Source of the DNA: Psilocybe cubensis
Lineage: Eukaryota
Assembly: GCA_017499595.2 (NCBI GenBank)
Contig: CM039008.1
Span: forward strand, 1,240,001-1,304,000
Direction of reading: 5' to 3'
DNA: 64,000 nucleotides
This document shows, in pieces, positions 12,715 through 25,491 of the stretch. The position numbers and the translations under genes were made by a program. The notes under the pieces are model-generated. The model searched no databases and was not told where the DNA came from. It worked only from the letters and a program-made list of their open reading frames with translations. The number at the start of each line of letters is the position of its first letter. Positions within the stretch are counted from its first letter, which is position 1.

Positions 12715-15700
12715 ATGCGGACAAGTTTGGCGCTCGTCAATCTTTTTCAGTTACTCGTCACTTTTCATCCAACCTTATGCGCTCCACCGTCCTTTCCTAA
12801 AACAGGAAACGGCCTTTGGTATACACAGCCCGGAAATGCCTGGGCCAGAGAATGGCTTCCAATTGGAAATGGGTTTCTAGCTGGTAACTTCACACCCGTC
12901 ATTCACAGGATTTACATCGACTGAGCCGTTATTTTTTTTTAGCTATGTTACCGGGTGGGACTGTCCAAGAGGCTACCCAACTCAATATCGAGTCGCTTTG
13001 GTCCGGAGGCCCTTTTGCTGATCCAGTATTGTTACCTTCATCTATCATCTCCTTCGGTATACTGATTTGGTTTAGTCCTATAACGGAGGCAACAAGCAAC
13101 CTTCAGAACGAGCCGCAATGGCACAACTTATGCAAAATATTCGTCAAACAATATTCGAAAGCCCTACCGGAGATATCGGTGGTACGGTCATGTTTTTTTT
13201 GTAATTTCCTTGAAACGATTTGAAGGCGATTTATTGGTTGACTAGACATTGAAAGTCTTGCAACAGATCCAGGACAATATGGTATCCGATTTTCAAAGTG
13301 TCAGTTGATCGGTGATATTCATTTGGCTTTTAATTAGGATCGTATGCAGGCGCGGGTCATATGTTGGCAACGTTAGATATCAATGGGTCTATTTCTGACT
13401 ATAGTCGATGGCTTGATCTTGACCAAGCTCTCGCTGGAACCTCATGGACACAAAATGGACACAATTTTTTAAGGCAATTCCTTTAACTTGTATCATTTTG
13501 AATCCCTCTGATTCGTCACTTCTCAGAACGTCGTTTTGCTCTAACCCCACCAAAGCTTGCGTGCAACATGTGCAGACAAATGCCTCAACGCTCCCGAACC
13601 TAGCTTTTGCTTTTACTGCTGGCCTCGAGCCTGGCCTTCCGGCCCCTAATATCACTTGTCTTTCTCAGAGTTCGATGTTGGTTTCTGGTGTGGTGTCAGA
13701 CTCACCGCCTGGAATGGCTTATGCTTTGATATTCAACACTTTTGCTGCCTCCTCTAATGCCGTTTTGCAATGCATACAGCAGCCAGTAGCGTCGGGAAGC
13801 CCTCCAAATGCTACTTTACACATTTTGTCTCCCAGCAATAACAAGGAAGCATGGATCACATGGGTTGGGGATACAGAATACGATATCAACGCTGGTGACG
13901 CTGCACACAATTTCTCTTTCCGGGGAGAAAGTCCAGTCACCAAGTTGCTCCCTTCTCACTCATCAGAACCTTTCTCTGACTACGCCAAGTTGTTGAAACA
14001 ACATGTTACGGACATTGAAGGTGTACTTCAGACGCCTTTTGCTCTTGACCTCGGCCAGGTACCTGACTTTGATACACCAACCGACGTTTTGAAATCCCAG
14101 TACACTATTGATGGGCCTATAAGCAACGCTTATCTCGATTGGTTGACCTTTAACTACGCACGCTACCTACTGGCCAGTAGCTCGCGGGGAGTCCTTCCTG
14201 CCAATCTTCAGGGTAAATGGGGCAATGATGTTGGAAATGCTTGGGGTTCTGGTACGCCTTGAAAGAGAATTGTTTCTTTATCTTTTTAGCTGATATAATC
14301 ATCTAACTTCGTAGATTATCGTGAGCGTTGTTAACGCCTGCGCCTTCTGTGTCGCTGACATCATAGTCCAGACTCCAATATCAACCTCCAAATGAATTAT
14401 TGGATCGCCGAAATGACTGGCTTGAGTGATTTAACCCTTCCTTTATTCGATTACATCGAGGTATGCCTGTTGCTTCCAAGTTTCACACTTATGGTGTCAC
14501 CGTTTTCGAACAGAGAACATGGGCACCGCGCGGGGTGCAAACAGCGCAAGTGCTATACAACATTTCTCGAGGATGGGTCACACACGACGAAATGAATGTA
14601 CGTCAATTTTGATCGCCATTTCTCATTTTTGACAATTATAATTATAATCCATTGATAAGATTTTTGGACATACTGGGATGAAAAGTGGACCAGACTACGT
14701 CGAATGGGCAGCGGACTACCCAGGTACGCATGTAATAAATTTTGCAACAACAAGAATATAAATATTAATACACAGAGGCTGCTGTCTGGATGGTGCGTAA
14801 ATTCGAGAACAATTTTCTGCTCAGCACTTCAAAATTTACGTTCTGCTTAGATGATTCATGTATGGGATCATTTTGACCATACCAACAATGTGACGTGGTG
14901 GAGAAATCAAGGCTGGCCCCTCATTAAGGTACTCATAATCTACATCCAATACAACTTCGGTAGGGGGAAATTCTTCTTACATTTTCACAGGGAGTAGCGA
15001 GTTTCCAGCTTGACAAGCTCATCCCCGACGAGCATTTCAATGATTCCACACTTGTTGTAAATCCATGCAACTCTCCTGAGCAGCCTCCTATTACATTGGG
15101 TATGTTTGAAATCCCGTCGTTGATTTACCAACTCTCGAACCTTCACATTGTTTTCACAAGGATGCGCTCATGCACAACAAATTATATGGCAATTGTTCAA
15201 CGCGGTTGAGAAAGGATTTGCTGCTTCAGGGGATACCGATACTCAATTCCTTGATGGTGAGGTTTTAATCTCGAATATCAATAATGTGAGTAAGTCATTG
15301 ATGATTTTACTTACAGAGGTGAGGGCGACTCGGGAAAAAATGGACAAGGGTCTAAAAATTGGCTCCTGGGGACAACTGCAAGGTTTGAGTTTTCATCTGA
15401 TTATTTAAACGGACAACATCACTTACATTAAAATGATTTCCTCAGAATGGAAGGTGGAGAAGGACTCCCCGACTGACACACATCGCCATCTTTCCCACCT
15501 TGTTGGATTGTACCCTGGGTATGCTATCATAAACTTCGATCCTTCCGTCCAGGGCAACGGACCTGCGAAGGGCTACCAAAAGGATGATATTATGACAGCT
15601 GCAACGGTCAGCCTTGTGCATCGCGGCAACGGAACGGGACCTGATGCCGACGCTGGATGGGAAAAAGCATGGCGAGCGGCGGCTTGGGCACAGTTGGCAA

Positions 15701-16244
15701 ATAGCTCAACGTTTTATCATGAACTCTCAGTATGCAAATATTCCCGCTCAATAATATGGAACTCCGCATTAACTCATCAAATTTTAGTTTGCGCTTTACG
15801 AGAACTTTGGGCAAAACCTCTTTAGTTTGTATGATCCTGCCGACGCTGATCCTATCTTCCAAATCGATGCAAACTTTGGCTTCCCTGCAGCGGTCCTTGT
15901 AAGCAAAAACCCTTCATTTCTACTCTAAACACTGGCGAACCGACGTTTTCCAGAATGCACTTCTCCAGGCACCAGACGTTGCGAGTATCACTACTCCACT
16001 GGTGGTTACTATTCTTCCAGCTCTTCCTAGTCAATGGGCCAACGGTTCCATTCGAGGTGCTCGTATTCGCGGGGGTATTACAGTGGATGTTCAATGGAGC
16101 AAGAGCAAACCTACATCAGTTACTCTCGAAGTCGACTCTGGACCCAACATCCGCACTAGGCCAGTACAAATCGTCTACAACAAGCGCGTACTCACGGCTT
16201 TCAACACTACGCCTGGCCTGAAGAAAGTGATCAATGCATTCTAG
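12715..16244 (+). CDS. Secreted glycoside hydrolase family 95, copy 2 (tandem paralog)
   Basis: Same motif order and matching intron positions as copy 1 ([35 protein letters not shown]). Confidence 0.93.
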
Positions 16245-16728
16245 TCCTGACAGTAGGGTGGCGATGAAAGTGATCGCATCTGTTCTGTAAAATTTAATTT
16301 TTGTCAATGTATATATGCCAAATGTATGAAGACGTTTATCGACGTGTACTCATAAAGGCCGCTCAGGCATGTTGCGTTCTGCGTGTGAAATCCATTTTAC
16401 AAGTTATTCTATCAACCATATCTTCTCAAGAATTTTACACATAGAAAGTTGATCCAGGGGTTCATCGGCACGAAGTATATCATAGACAGGGGTTGTGGCT
16501 GTGCCACCGGGTGTACGGCACGGGCCTTTCGCAGGATGGGGCGGAGTGGGCTGCCAATTATTTCTCATCTTGAACCAGTCACATTCTTATACATATTCTT
16601 ATACCATCCCTACATCCTCTTGCGACCTCTTCACCCAAGGAATCGCGGAACGAAGATAGGAAAGCATTTGGAAGAACTTTTGCCACTGGAATCTCCACAC
16701 ACAACACCCCCCAACGAGGATAAATAAC

Positions 16729-18055
16729 ATGGGCGAGGTTGTCAATGTTTTAGTCGCGTTCGCTGTGATAGTATTTTTGTTCAGATGGGCCACTTCTTGT
16801 ACGTATTCCCTTGACTACTGTCCGTTGTTTTGGCTGTGGGGTTTGGCTATGGTTCCGTTACTACTTGGAGCTCAAGTACAAGTGCACCGCGTCCCAGATG
16901 GCCAACACCACATGCAATGCCGAAATTCGACATTGTTGGCTGAATGAGCATTTTGATTGTATTACAGCCAATGATACACCCGAACAACAGACAGCTATAA
17001 ACGCTCTGGGCTTTAGACCCAAGAAAGTTACCCAGGACATGGTGAGTAGAACGTACCTCGACGACGTCATGTTTTCTTCTGACTGGTGTATTGTGCATTG
17101 TGGTAATTATACAACAGGTCACCACAATATCAAATATGTTTCCAGATATTCCAGCGTATGTTTCCATTCTCCTGTTTTTAGTCAAGATTTCACTTTGTTT
17201 ACCCGTTTCCTCAAACGCTTCTCTAACCCTTCCTAACCATCAGCGACAACATTCGATATGACCTCCTACGAACAGGAAGCGTGGAACAGACCACTAACAA
17301 GATCCTAGAACGCGGCTATCTAGACGCGGTACGTCGTTCATTTACTACCCAATTGCGAGGTGCAACACGTATTGTTTAGCGCTTAGCTCTTGGGTTACGC
17401 AGTCGAACGCAACTCATTCATTCTTTTCCATGCTTCCACCTTTCCAACCTCTCATTTCTCGCTTCACCTACTTTTGTGCCATATGATTTCTTGCTGTCTT
17501 CCACTGCCATCTGTGCTATCCATCTCCACGTTCTATATCACCATATCATCTGCTCTGGCGTGCTTCTTTGATCCTTATGTACGAATGGACAGCCACCAGC
17601 AGCATATCATACACTTTACCCTCAAACCCAAGCAGCAGCCCCTGTATCTGCTCCCGCCACTACATCCACCAACACCAGCAATACGAACTTGGGCGCAGGT
17701 TCTGCTTCAGGATCCACCTCAAAAAAGCCTGCCCCATCACTCATTGCCCGATACAATTTGCAAGATCTTGTTAAAGAAACAGAAAATGGGAAAGGTAAAG
17801 CTGTTGCATCTTCCGGGCAGGATCTTGAAGATCCATTCAAGGCGGGTGGAAAGGCAGTATGGGAGGACACACCGGAGAAGCGAGAAGAGAGTTTAAGGCA
17901 AAGAAAGGCGCAGATGGTGTTGGCAGCAAGACAGTGCGTTTTAATTTTTTGTCCATATTCTCCCGGTCTTCTCAACTATCATCTGTTTTTGTTATAGGAG
18001 GTTCTTGAGCCAGCAAAAGGAAAAGGAAGCAGCAGCAGCCGGCAAGAGTTCGTAA
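16729..18055 (+). CDS. Membrane-anchored CUE-domain protein (Cue1/Cue4-like ERAD cofactor)
   Basis: N-terminal TM segment VVNVLVAFAVIVFLFRW; CUE core MFPDIP...IRYDLLRTGSVEQTTNKILERGYL; SLIARYNL; C-terminal WEDTPEKREESLRQRKAQMVLAAR. Confidence 0.85.
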
Positions 18056-19161
18056 TTAACTGGCTCAGTATGCTTTGCTGCCGATGGCACGCCATGTGCT
18101 TGTTGTAGGATGTAACCGTTTCAGTCAAACTCACCTCGTCAACTTTCCACCCTGTTGTTCTTTTATCCATTATTCAGACATTAATCACGGATCGTGGGCA
18201 CCACAGTTGTACATCTTTTCCTATGACAAACCTAACGTTGAATAATTTCAGAGGTGAGATACGGGCGTGTCTGCGTTTCCGGGTCGCTTCCGATCCGAGA
18301 AAATCCTCCAGCCATTTTCTATTAAAAGGGTTCGCTGGGCAAAAATGATCTCACTGTCACTCGGAATCGACTGTAATGCTCTTCTAATACTTCGAAGTAA
18401 CCCACACCCACGCCGATACCAAAAATCTCGACGGCCTGCTCTCAGGATTGGCATGCACCGTGAAGTAACCGATGACTCTAAAATGCCCAACAGCACGGTA
18501 TCCACTCCGTACTTTTTCCGGCTGGATTGTTGAGGAGATTAATGCCGGACCCTTGAGTACCGGCCATTTATCTTCACTTTCTTTTTGGTTTGCAATGTGG
18601 GACTGTTGAATGCCTGCAACCCCTGAGTGATATGGTTATGCGTCGGTAGATGAGCTCGCAAGTCAACGAAGGATATGCAGAGAGAATGGACAAAAAATTT
18701 CAGAGAATAAGCCTAAAATTGGTGCAATATACAGGAAGGGAGAACTCAAATTATTAAAAAGTTTGACACAAGGATATAAGCTGGTTCAGAAAAAAATGAT
18801 GCAGTGGTACGGAAACGGCAGGCAGATATGGAAAAGAAAGTCAACACAAATTCTGTATGTATGCAAAAGAGGATCGGAAGGTGTAAACGAAGAGATGATT
18901 GGATGTGTATGCCATGGGTAACTTTTGATTGGAAAATTAACGTTTCATTTTTGATTTATCTCCAAAAAAATGGATATGCGTCAAAGCTTATTGATTCGAC
19001 GGTGTTATAAAGAGGGAAAAGAGGTAAACGAAATGAAAGAAGGCTGCGCACGAAAAAAAAGATAGAGGGAATAGAGAACAGAAATACCGTCCACGAGGGG
19101 AAAAAAAAGAGACATTAGACATAAAATGAGAAGGGGAAAAATATGCTGAGTTGTCGTGGTG

Positions 19162-22100
19162 TTATTGCCCAACAGACAGGCCGTTCGTCTCCTGAGTTTT
19201 ACATGGTTCATGTTCTAGGTTCGTCGAGTTCGTTTCCGGAGCCTCCTTGCGGGGAGTAGTGTCTGACTCAGAATTAGAAGTTGTTTCGATAGATTCAAGT
19301 GACAGCTCCACGGCCTCATCCTTCAAAGGCTTTGTATCGTTAGTGGTACTGTTGGAAGTTATCGCTCCGACTTCATCCGCTGCTTGTCCGTTCGATGATA
19401 TATCTACGGCGGTTGTATCATCATGAATGTGAGGCGAGGGAACCTGAGGCGATGCCACAGATGAAGACGACGAGCTCAATCCGCCGTTGACCGCAATCAC
19501 ATCGCTCCTATAGTTCACATTTCCCAGGTTCGACAAAGACGGAAACGTAAACTCCGTCAACTGTTCAGGCTCAGGCTTATCGGTGGGGGAAGCGCTATGT
19601 TCCTGCGAAGCGTCGCTCCCCTTCTCCATGTCCAACTTGCCCCTCCTCGACGACGACCGCACGCGAATGCTCGCCGGCCGTTTCAATATAGCATCCGCCA
19701 GAATAGAGTTGATCCCGACTTCACCATATTCCTCCTCCTCTCTTTCCAGCCTGTCACCCGCAGCAGCCTGCTCGCCACCCATCACATGCTGGTCTTCCCC
19801 TTCCTCCGCACCACCAACGCCAAGCCAACCATCACTAGTATCATCCCATGCGGCTCTACTCGACATTCCGCTACCTGCCGTCTGGGTCCTAGTTTTCGTC
19901 CTACGTGCCCCATTCATTCCGCCAGGCGTGGGGGAACCCGTCAAATCAGGCGAGAGAGACCCGCTCGAACCCGTAGCACTCGATGGCCCGCTGCCATACG
20001 GATTTGCCGTCGAAACAGATGCAGCGGCTTGCTGAGAAGCAATATATGCCGAGTACTGGTGTTGTTGGTGAGGAGACATCAAGGGCGGGGGACCAGGCGG
20101 GAATATTGAGGAAAAGATGTTGGCTTGATGAGGCGAGGGCTGAGCTGTGCCTTGCTGCTGTTGTTGATATTGCTGCTGCTGAAGGAACTGCATCTGCTGA
20201 GCATGAATCATCATTGGATGAGGAGGGGTATGCTGTGGGGGCATCCCATAAGGGAAGAAAGGAGCACCTGGGTGCACATTCATAAGGGGTGGCGTGGAGA
20301 TAGAGATGGGGGACATCACGGCAGCAGGTGATGACATGCCGTTCATCTGCATATTGGAAAGCATCTGCTGAAGGTGCAAAGGAGTAGGTGCAGGGGGAGG
20401 TTGTGTCGAAGAGGGTTGGGGCTGCTGAGGCGTCGGGCTTAAGACTGATGACGAAGTCTGTGGCGTAGCAGGCACTGAATTGGACCCTGTTGTAGGGCCA
20501 TATCCATTTACGTTAGCAGAAGTTGACGCGCTGGACCCTGCATTTGCAGGGCTGGAGGTTCCAGAAGTCCCATTGGGCTGCTGTGGCTGTTGTTGCTGCT
20601 GAGGAAGTTGAGGAGCAACAGAGGCGTAAAGAGCAGCGTATGACTGAAGTTGATGTGTCAAATGTCGTATATGCGCTTGAAGCTAAAACATCACAAGAGA
20701 CAGGAGAAGTCAGAATTAGTATATAACCTCATAGATACGATCAAAAGGATAAAAACACAAAAAGAGCCCCAAATTGTACCGAAGAGAAGAAGACGTCAAA
20801 AGGCGAAGGGAAGTCACCGAGCAGAATGGAAAGAGAGGATAGGTCAACATGATGTAGAAAGAATCTTACCTCGACTTCACCTCTTCTCCAGTTCACATTC
20901 TCCCACTTGAGAATTTCCATCTCTTTCGCGTACCTTTCAATTTCTTGCTTATTTTTCTCTTCTCTTAACCTTGCCGCCTCCAAGGCGCCTCTCAGGGAGG
21001 CCAGCTGCGTCTGCGTCGATAGGGCAGGCATGCTGCTTCCATTGCTTGCAGAATGTGACGTGGGAGAATTCAAGCTGGTGTGGCCAAGACGCGGTGATGA
21101 GGAGGAAGAGGATGAGGGATGCGGTGGCGGTGTGGAGTTGTTATGGGATGGAGTAGGAGGTCTGCGCGGTGTAGGTGCTCGCCTCGACGTCGACGAACTA
21201 TTATAAATGGTGCTAGTATTGTTGCTAATATTATTATTAATGTCAGACAGAGTAGGACGCGTGCGACTGGGACCTGCAAAAAACAATGCAACTCATTAGC
21301 TGAAAATGCATGAGGCACTTCGTCTTCAACGTACCAGCAATCGGCGGTGTAGGGTTCAATGTAGGGAACGTAAACGCCTCCTCTTCGTCTCTTTCTGTTA
21401 GCTCACCCAAGGTAAGTCCACTTTCGCTCCCTAGTGATGGGGATGTTCTATTTACGCTCCCAGGCGCAGCAGTTGTGGATGTAGGCAATCCGGAGCCAGA
21501 TACTGATTGCCCGAAACTCGATGATGTCGGGGAATGTAATGATGTAGGGTGGGTCGAACTCGCTGGCAACCGACTCGCGGCAACAGCAGAAAATGACGCG
21601 CCCTTTAAAGTTGAAGCCCCACTCTGCTGCAGTCGCGGTGGTTTCTGGTATGTCTCCTTATCTTTCCCTGTCTCGTTCTCAGCAATACTATCACCCTCCG
21701 GGAAGTGGGAAGATGAAGGGGAAGGTGCATCACCAGCACCATCCCAATCCCACGGGTTGTGTGAACTTCCTTTGTTCATGTTGGCTGTAGAGGTTTTCTT
21801 GCGCGCTTTCATCCTTTTTGTAGGAATGACACCGATGGAGTCAGCGTTATGAGAAGACAGCGAGGAAGATGCACGGTTTGCATGGGCATCATCACTTTCC
21901 TCCTGAACAGCGCCTTGCGATGCCAATATGGTTTTTAACGAGACGGAGTCGTGTGATAATGTCGGCGAGGTTGCAGGGGTCATCTCTCCTGTGCTGAGGA
22001 TGAGGCTAGAGCTCGTACTCGCAGCAGCGTTAGTCGTTTCGGTTGAAGCAGAAACACTTGATGACACGCTATGGGATGTGAAATTGGAGTTAGATGTGGC

Positions 22101-23264
22101 GTAAGAGGATGGCATATAAGAGGCTGAGTTGTCAATAGTGGAGGGGGGGAAAGAGGAAGAGCGATGTGGTTGGTCGGCTTCATCATCCTTGCTCGCCAAG
22201 CGCGATAGTCGTGCCTGAGTGCGATTCCGCTTCTCTGTGGAATATGTGTCATCAGCATTGTTATCCCATTCTGGTACTTCGTCGTGATGTTCAACATTGT
22301 TGAAGTGTCCAGACGTTGCTGATGAGGTGGTCGAGAACGACATCGATGACAAAGGTCTGCCATGCCCATCGTCAGATGCCAATGACGAAGGAGGACGATT
22401 ATGATGGGTAGTATAGGGGTGAGAGTTGGGATCTGAGGGAGGTAGAGGTTGGGAGGACGGCGAGGAGGATGAAGGGCTGTCATGACGATCATTTGGGTAT
22501 TGTTTCTGCAAATTCTCGGAGGTAGGAATGGACTCTGAGGTTCCACGAGAGAGCGTCACCGAAGTACTGCCAGGCGCGCTTCCCTGTGCCTGTGACATGG
22601 TGTCATCGGGTCCGATATTGGATTTTTCTCGCTGAGGTACCCGCCTTGTTTTGTTGTTCTTTGCATTATCCGTTCGGGTGAGCTGGGAGTCAGAAAACAG
22701 AGAGGACATTGGCGATGAAGGGGACGATGGATCCTTGCCTGCGGGTGATTTCGCGAATGAGGGATCCTTGGCAGAAATAGTCGGGCTACCCAGACCCTTG
22801 GACTTCTTCTCGCTCTTCAAGATTTCCTTGAGTGGATCCTTCCCCCGCCTCCGGCGATCTTTGGAACGCGAACTTTTCGATTCTTTGGTGTCGAACTCGT
22901 CAGCCATCCTAGCAGGAGAACCTGGGACCAGAGATGAACTGCTTCCGTTGTGGACACCTGTCCCGGTTTCAAACCCTCCTCCACTCGACGCTCCTTGTAC
23001 ACGCTCAGCCCCCTTTTCTTCACCCTGCGAGCCCTCCACCTCCTTCACCTTTTGCGCAGCATCCTTCGGGCCAGAATCACTTTGTGTAGGCCCGATCAAA
23101 GAGTACAAGGGCCGCGTGCGGTAAACAATGGCCGAACCTGCAAGGACAATAGCAGCAAGCGTAGCGACGACGAGCAACCTGTTGTTGGTCTCTCCCTGAG
23201 AAGCTCCGGTAGAAGAGTCGCCTAGAATGGGCAAATGCAACGCGTCGTGGTCACCGTCCTGCAT
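19162..23264 (-). CDS. Large low-complexity S/P/Q-rich hypothetical protein with N-terminal TM segment and central coiled coil (3 long exons)
   Basis: ORFs 21243-23471, 20741-21286 and 19162-20661 can be joined by GT-AG introns; TM LLVVATLAAIVLAGSAIVY; coil LASLRGALEAARLREEKNKQEIERYAKEME. Start codon uncertain. Confidence 0.7.
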
Positions 23265-23567
23265 GACTCGCCCGTATGTGATTTTCGCCGGTGCTTTCCC
23301 TTGTGTTTTCCGACCACGAAACTGGGCAAGACCGGGTAGACTGGTAAGGTTTAGACAGAAAGAAAGACACCAGCCAGATAATAGGATGTGGGGGGCGGTG
23401 GAGGATAAGTTCGGTCGACGAACACAGGAGGGAGAATTGTTGTCCAACAAGTGAAAAGCGGAAAGAGACAAGAATGGGAAGTTAGGACTCCGCTAGTCCA
23501 TAAATGGAAAGTGCCTGTGCCTGGGATTCCAATGTCCTATGCCGGCAGTCTTTTCCACTTGACTCTC

Positions 23568-24541
23568 ATGCATCCCAAAATTGCTCTCCTACTCTGTGGT
23601 AACCTCACAGGCAAGCCCTATGCAGATCATGGCGGATACCAGGGGATATACTCCAAATTTCTTCAGGATACAGTGCCTGCCAATCCTGATTCATCCACTG
23701 TTCCATACAGCGTAGATATCTACGATGTCGTCCATGAGATGGCTTATCCACAGGATGACGATCAGTACGACTGTATCATGCTGACCGGATCCGGTACCGT
23801 ACCGCTCTGCCTTGACGGCCCTGTCTACAATTGAGCTGACGGAACCCCGGTTATCGAATAGCGGCTTCGGCATACGAGAATCTCGAGTGGATCACAAAAC
23901 TCTGCGACTATATCTCTCGTATAGCAACCTCCAAACCACATATCAAGATAATCGGCATGTGTGATATTCAGGTGATCTTCAAACAGGCTGACCGCTGTTC
24001 CAGGTATCTGCTTTGGACACCAAATCATAGCACGCGCCATGGGTGGGGAATGTGTCCCGAATGGTGGCATATGGGAAGTTGGCCCAACCCGCATCCAGCT
24101 TACCGACATCGGGAAAAAGATATTTGGCAACGTCGATACACTCGTGAGTATTATGATGACATAAATAATTGAATCCCTATTCTATTTTTACCCCTCCTCA
24201 TCTATTTGTATTTTTAGACCCTCCAACAAATGCATAGAGACCATGTTCCAGTCGTCCCACCCAATTTCCACCTCCTCGCGTCTACAGAGACCTCCCCGAA
24301 TCAGGGGTCCGTTTTGTTTTACCCCGAAGATACGCAGCCTAATAGTCGCATACACATCCTGACTGTTCAGGGACATCCAGAATTTACCGAGCCTGTCGTC
24401 ACTGCTATTATCGCGCAACGTGCTCCATCAGGAGTCATAAATGAACAGGCCGTTAAAGACGCCGAGACCAGGAGATATGACAAGACAGACGGAGATGTCG
24501 TAGGGAAGGCCATATGGGAGGTGATTCTAGGAAAGATATAG
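23568..24541 (+). CDS. Class I glutamine amidotransferase-like protein
   Basis: MLTGS, nucleophile elbow IIG|ICFGHQ (GC-AG intron), MHRDHV, catalytic QGHPEF. Confidence 0.9.
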
Positions 24542-25491
24542 GTTTCGATGAATATGGCAAAGTGAATGACTGTGCAAGTAGGTGCGCTTTGTATTTTTGT
24601 TCTCAAGCAAATTTAGACTCATCTGACCTTATACGTAACTCGTAGCTTAACAAGTGGTTAGATCATCCATTTATACCTTAGCTTATGATGGCCACTTTGT
24701 TACCCTCAGCAGTCCCGGGCCCAACAGCGGGTATTTTCCGCGACACCCAGACATTTTACGTTACAGATCTAATAACTTGATCAATAGACGCCAGCTGAAG
24801 CCATGCTCTGCATATTAACCTCCATACAAAAGTGTTCAGGGATCGAAATTGCACGGCTCACCTAGCAGGTACTACGTCCAAGATTTGCGAAGGTGAATGA
24901 TTCACAGAGAAATAGCACCTAGTCTTCACCAGGAGGCTTTCCGTCCAAACGGCACAACTCGATATCCACGTGTAGCAAGGTTTTCAGAACATTCACGTTA
25001 GAAGCTTGATTTCGAAGACCGGTTTGATTCCAGCCATGTTCAGAACATAGCCTCGGGCCGCGGTAGCGAGTCTGGAGAAGCCGAAGGACTGTTGAACAGC
25101 GCGACGTGACGTTTGATAATTGGTGGGTCCTGTATTGCCGCTCAGGTGGCTAACAACATTCAAGGCGCGGGATAGCAACGTTTGGTATGTGATTTGCTTC
25201 GCAGGTCAAACCTCGTGTTTTTTCTTTTGTCATATGAAGACCTATGGGTCGCAGTTTGACGTAGTTCTCCTTTCACAAGTAAAGCACATGGCATAAAAAG
25301 ATGAATTTCAACTTGATCACGCGCAGGTACCTCCTGCTCTGATCAGATTTTCCGGCATTTAGGACGGATAAAAGAACACAAGACAAATTGAAAGTAACCT
25401 ACACAGTATGTACGTACAACGGTACACTAACGATTTCCCAAAACAGACTTCTGGATTTGCCAATATTACGATAGGCAGACACAAGGGTCGT

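Noticed and set aside
19583-23225. Long plus-strand ORFs opposite the low-complexity gene
   Set aside because: Antisense shadows of S/P/Q-rich coding sequence with no independent motifs.
24993-25181. Minus-strand ORF resembling a mitochondrial presequence from a non-ATG start, followed by MAGIKPVFEIKLLT
   Set aside because: I could not splice it to any recognisable downstream domain; it may be non-coding or a decayed fragment.
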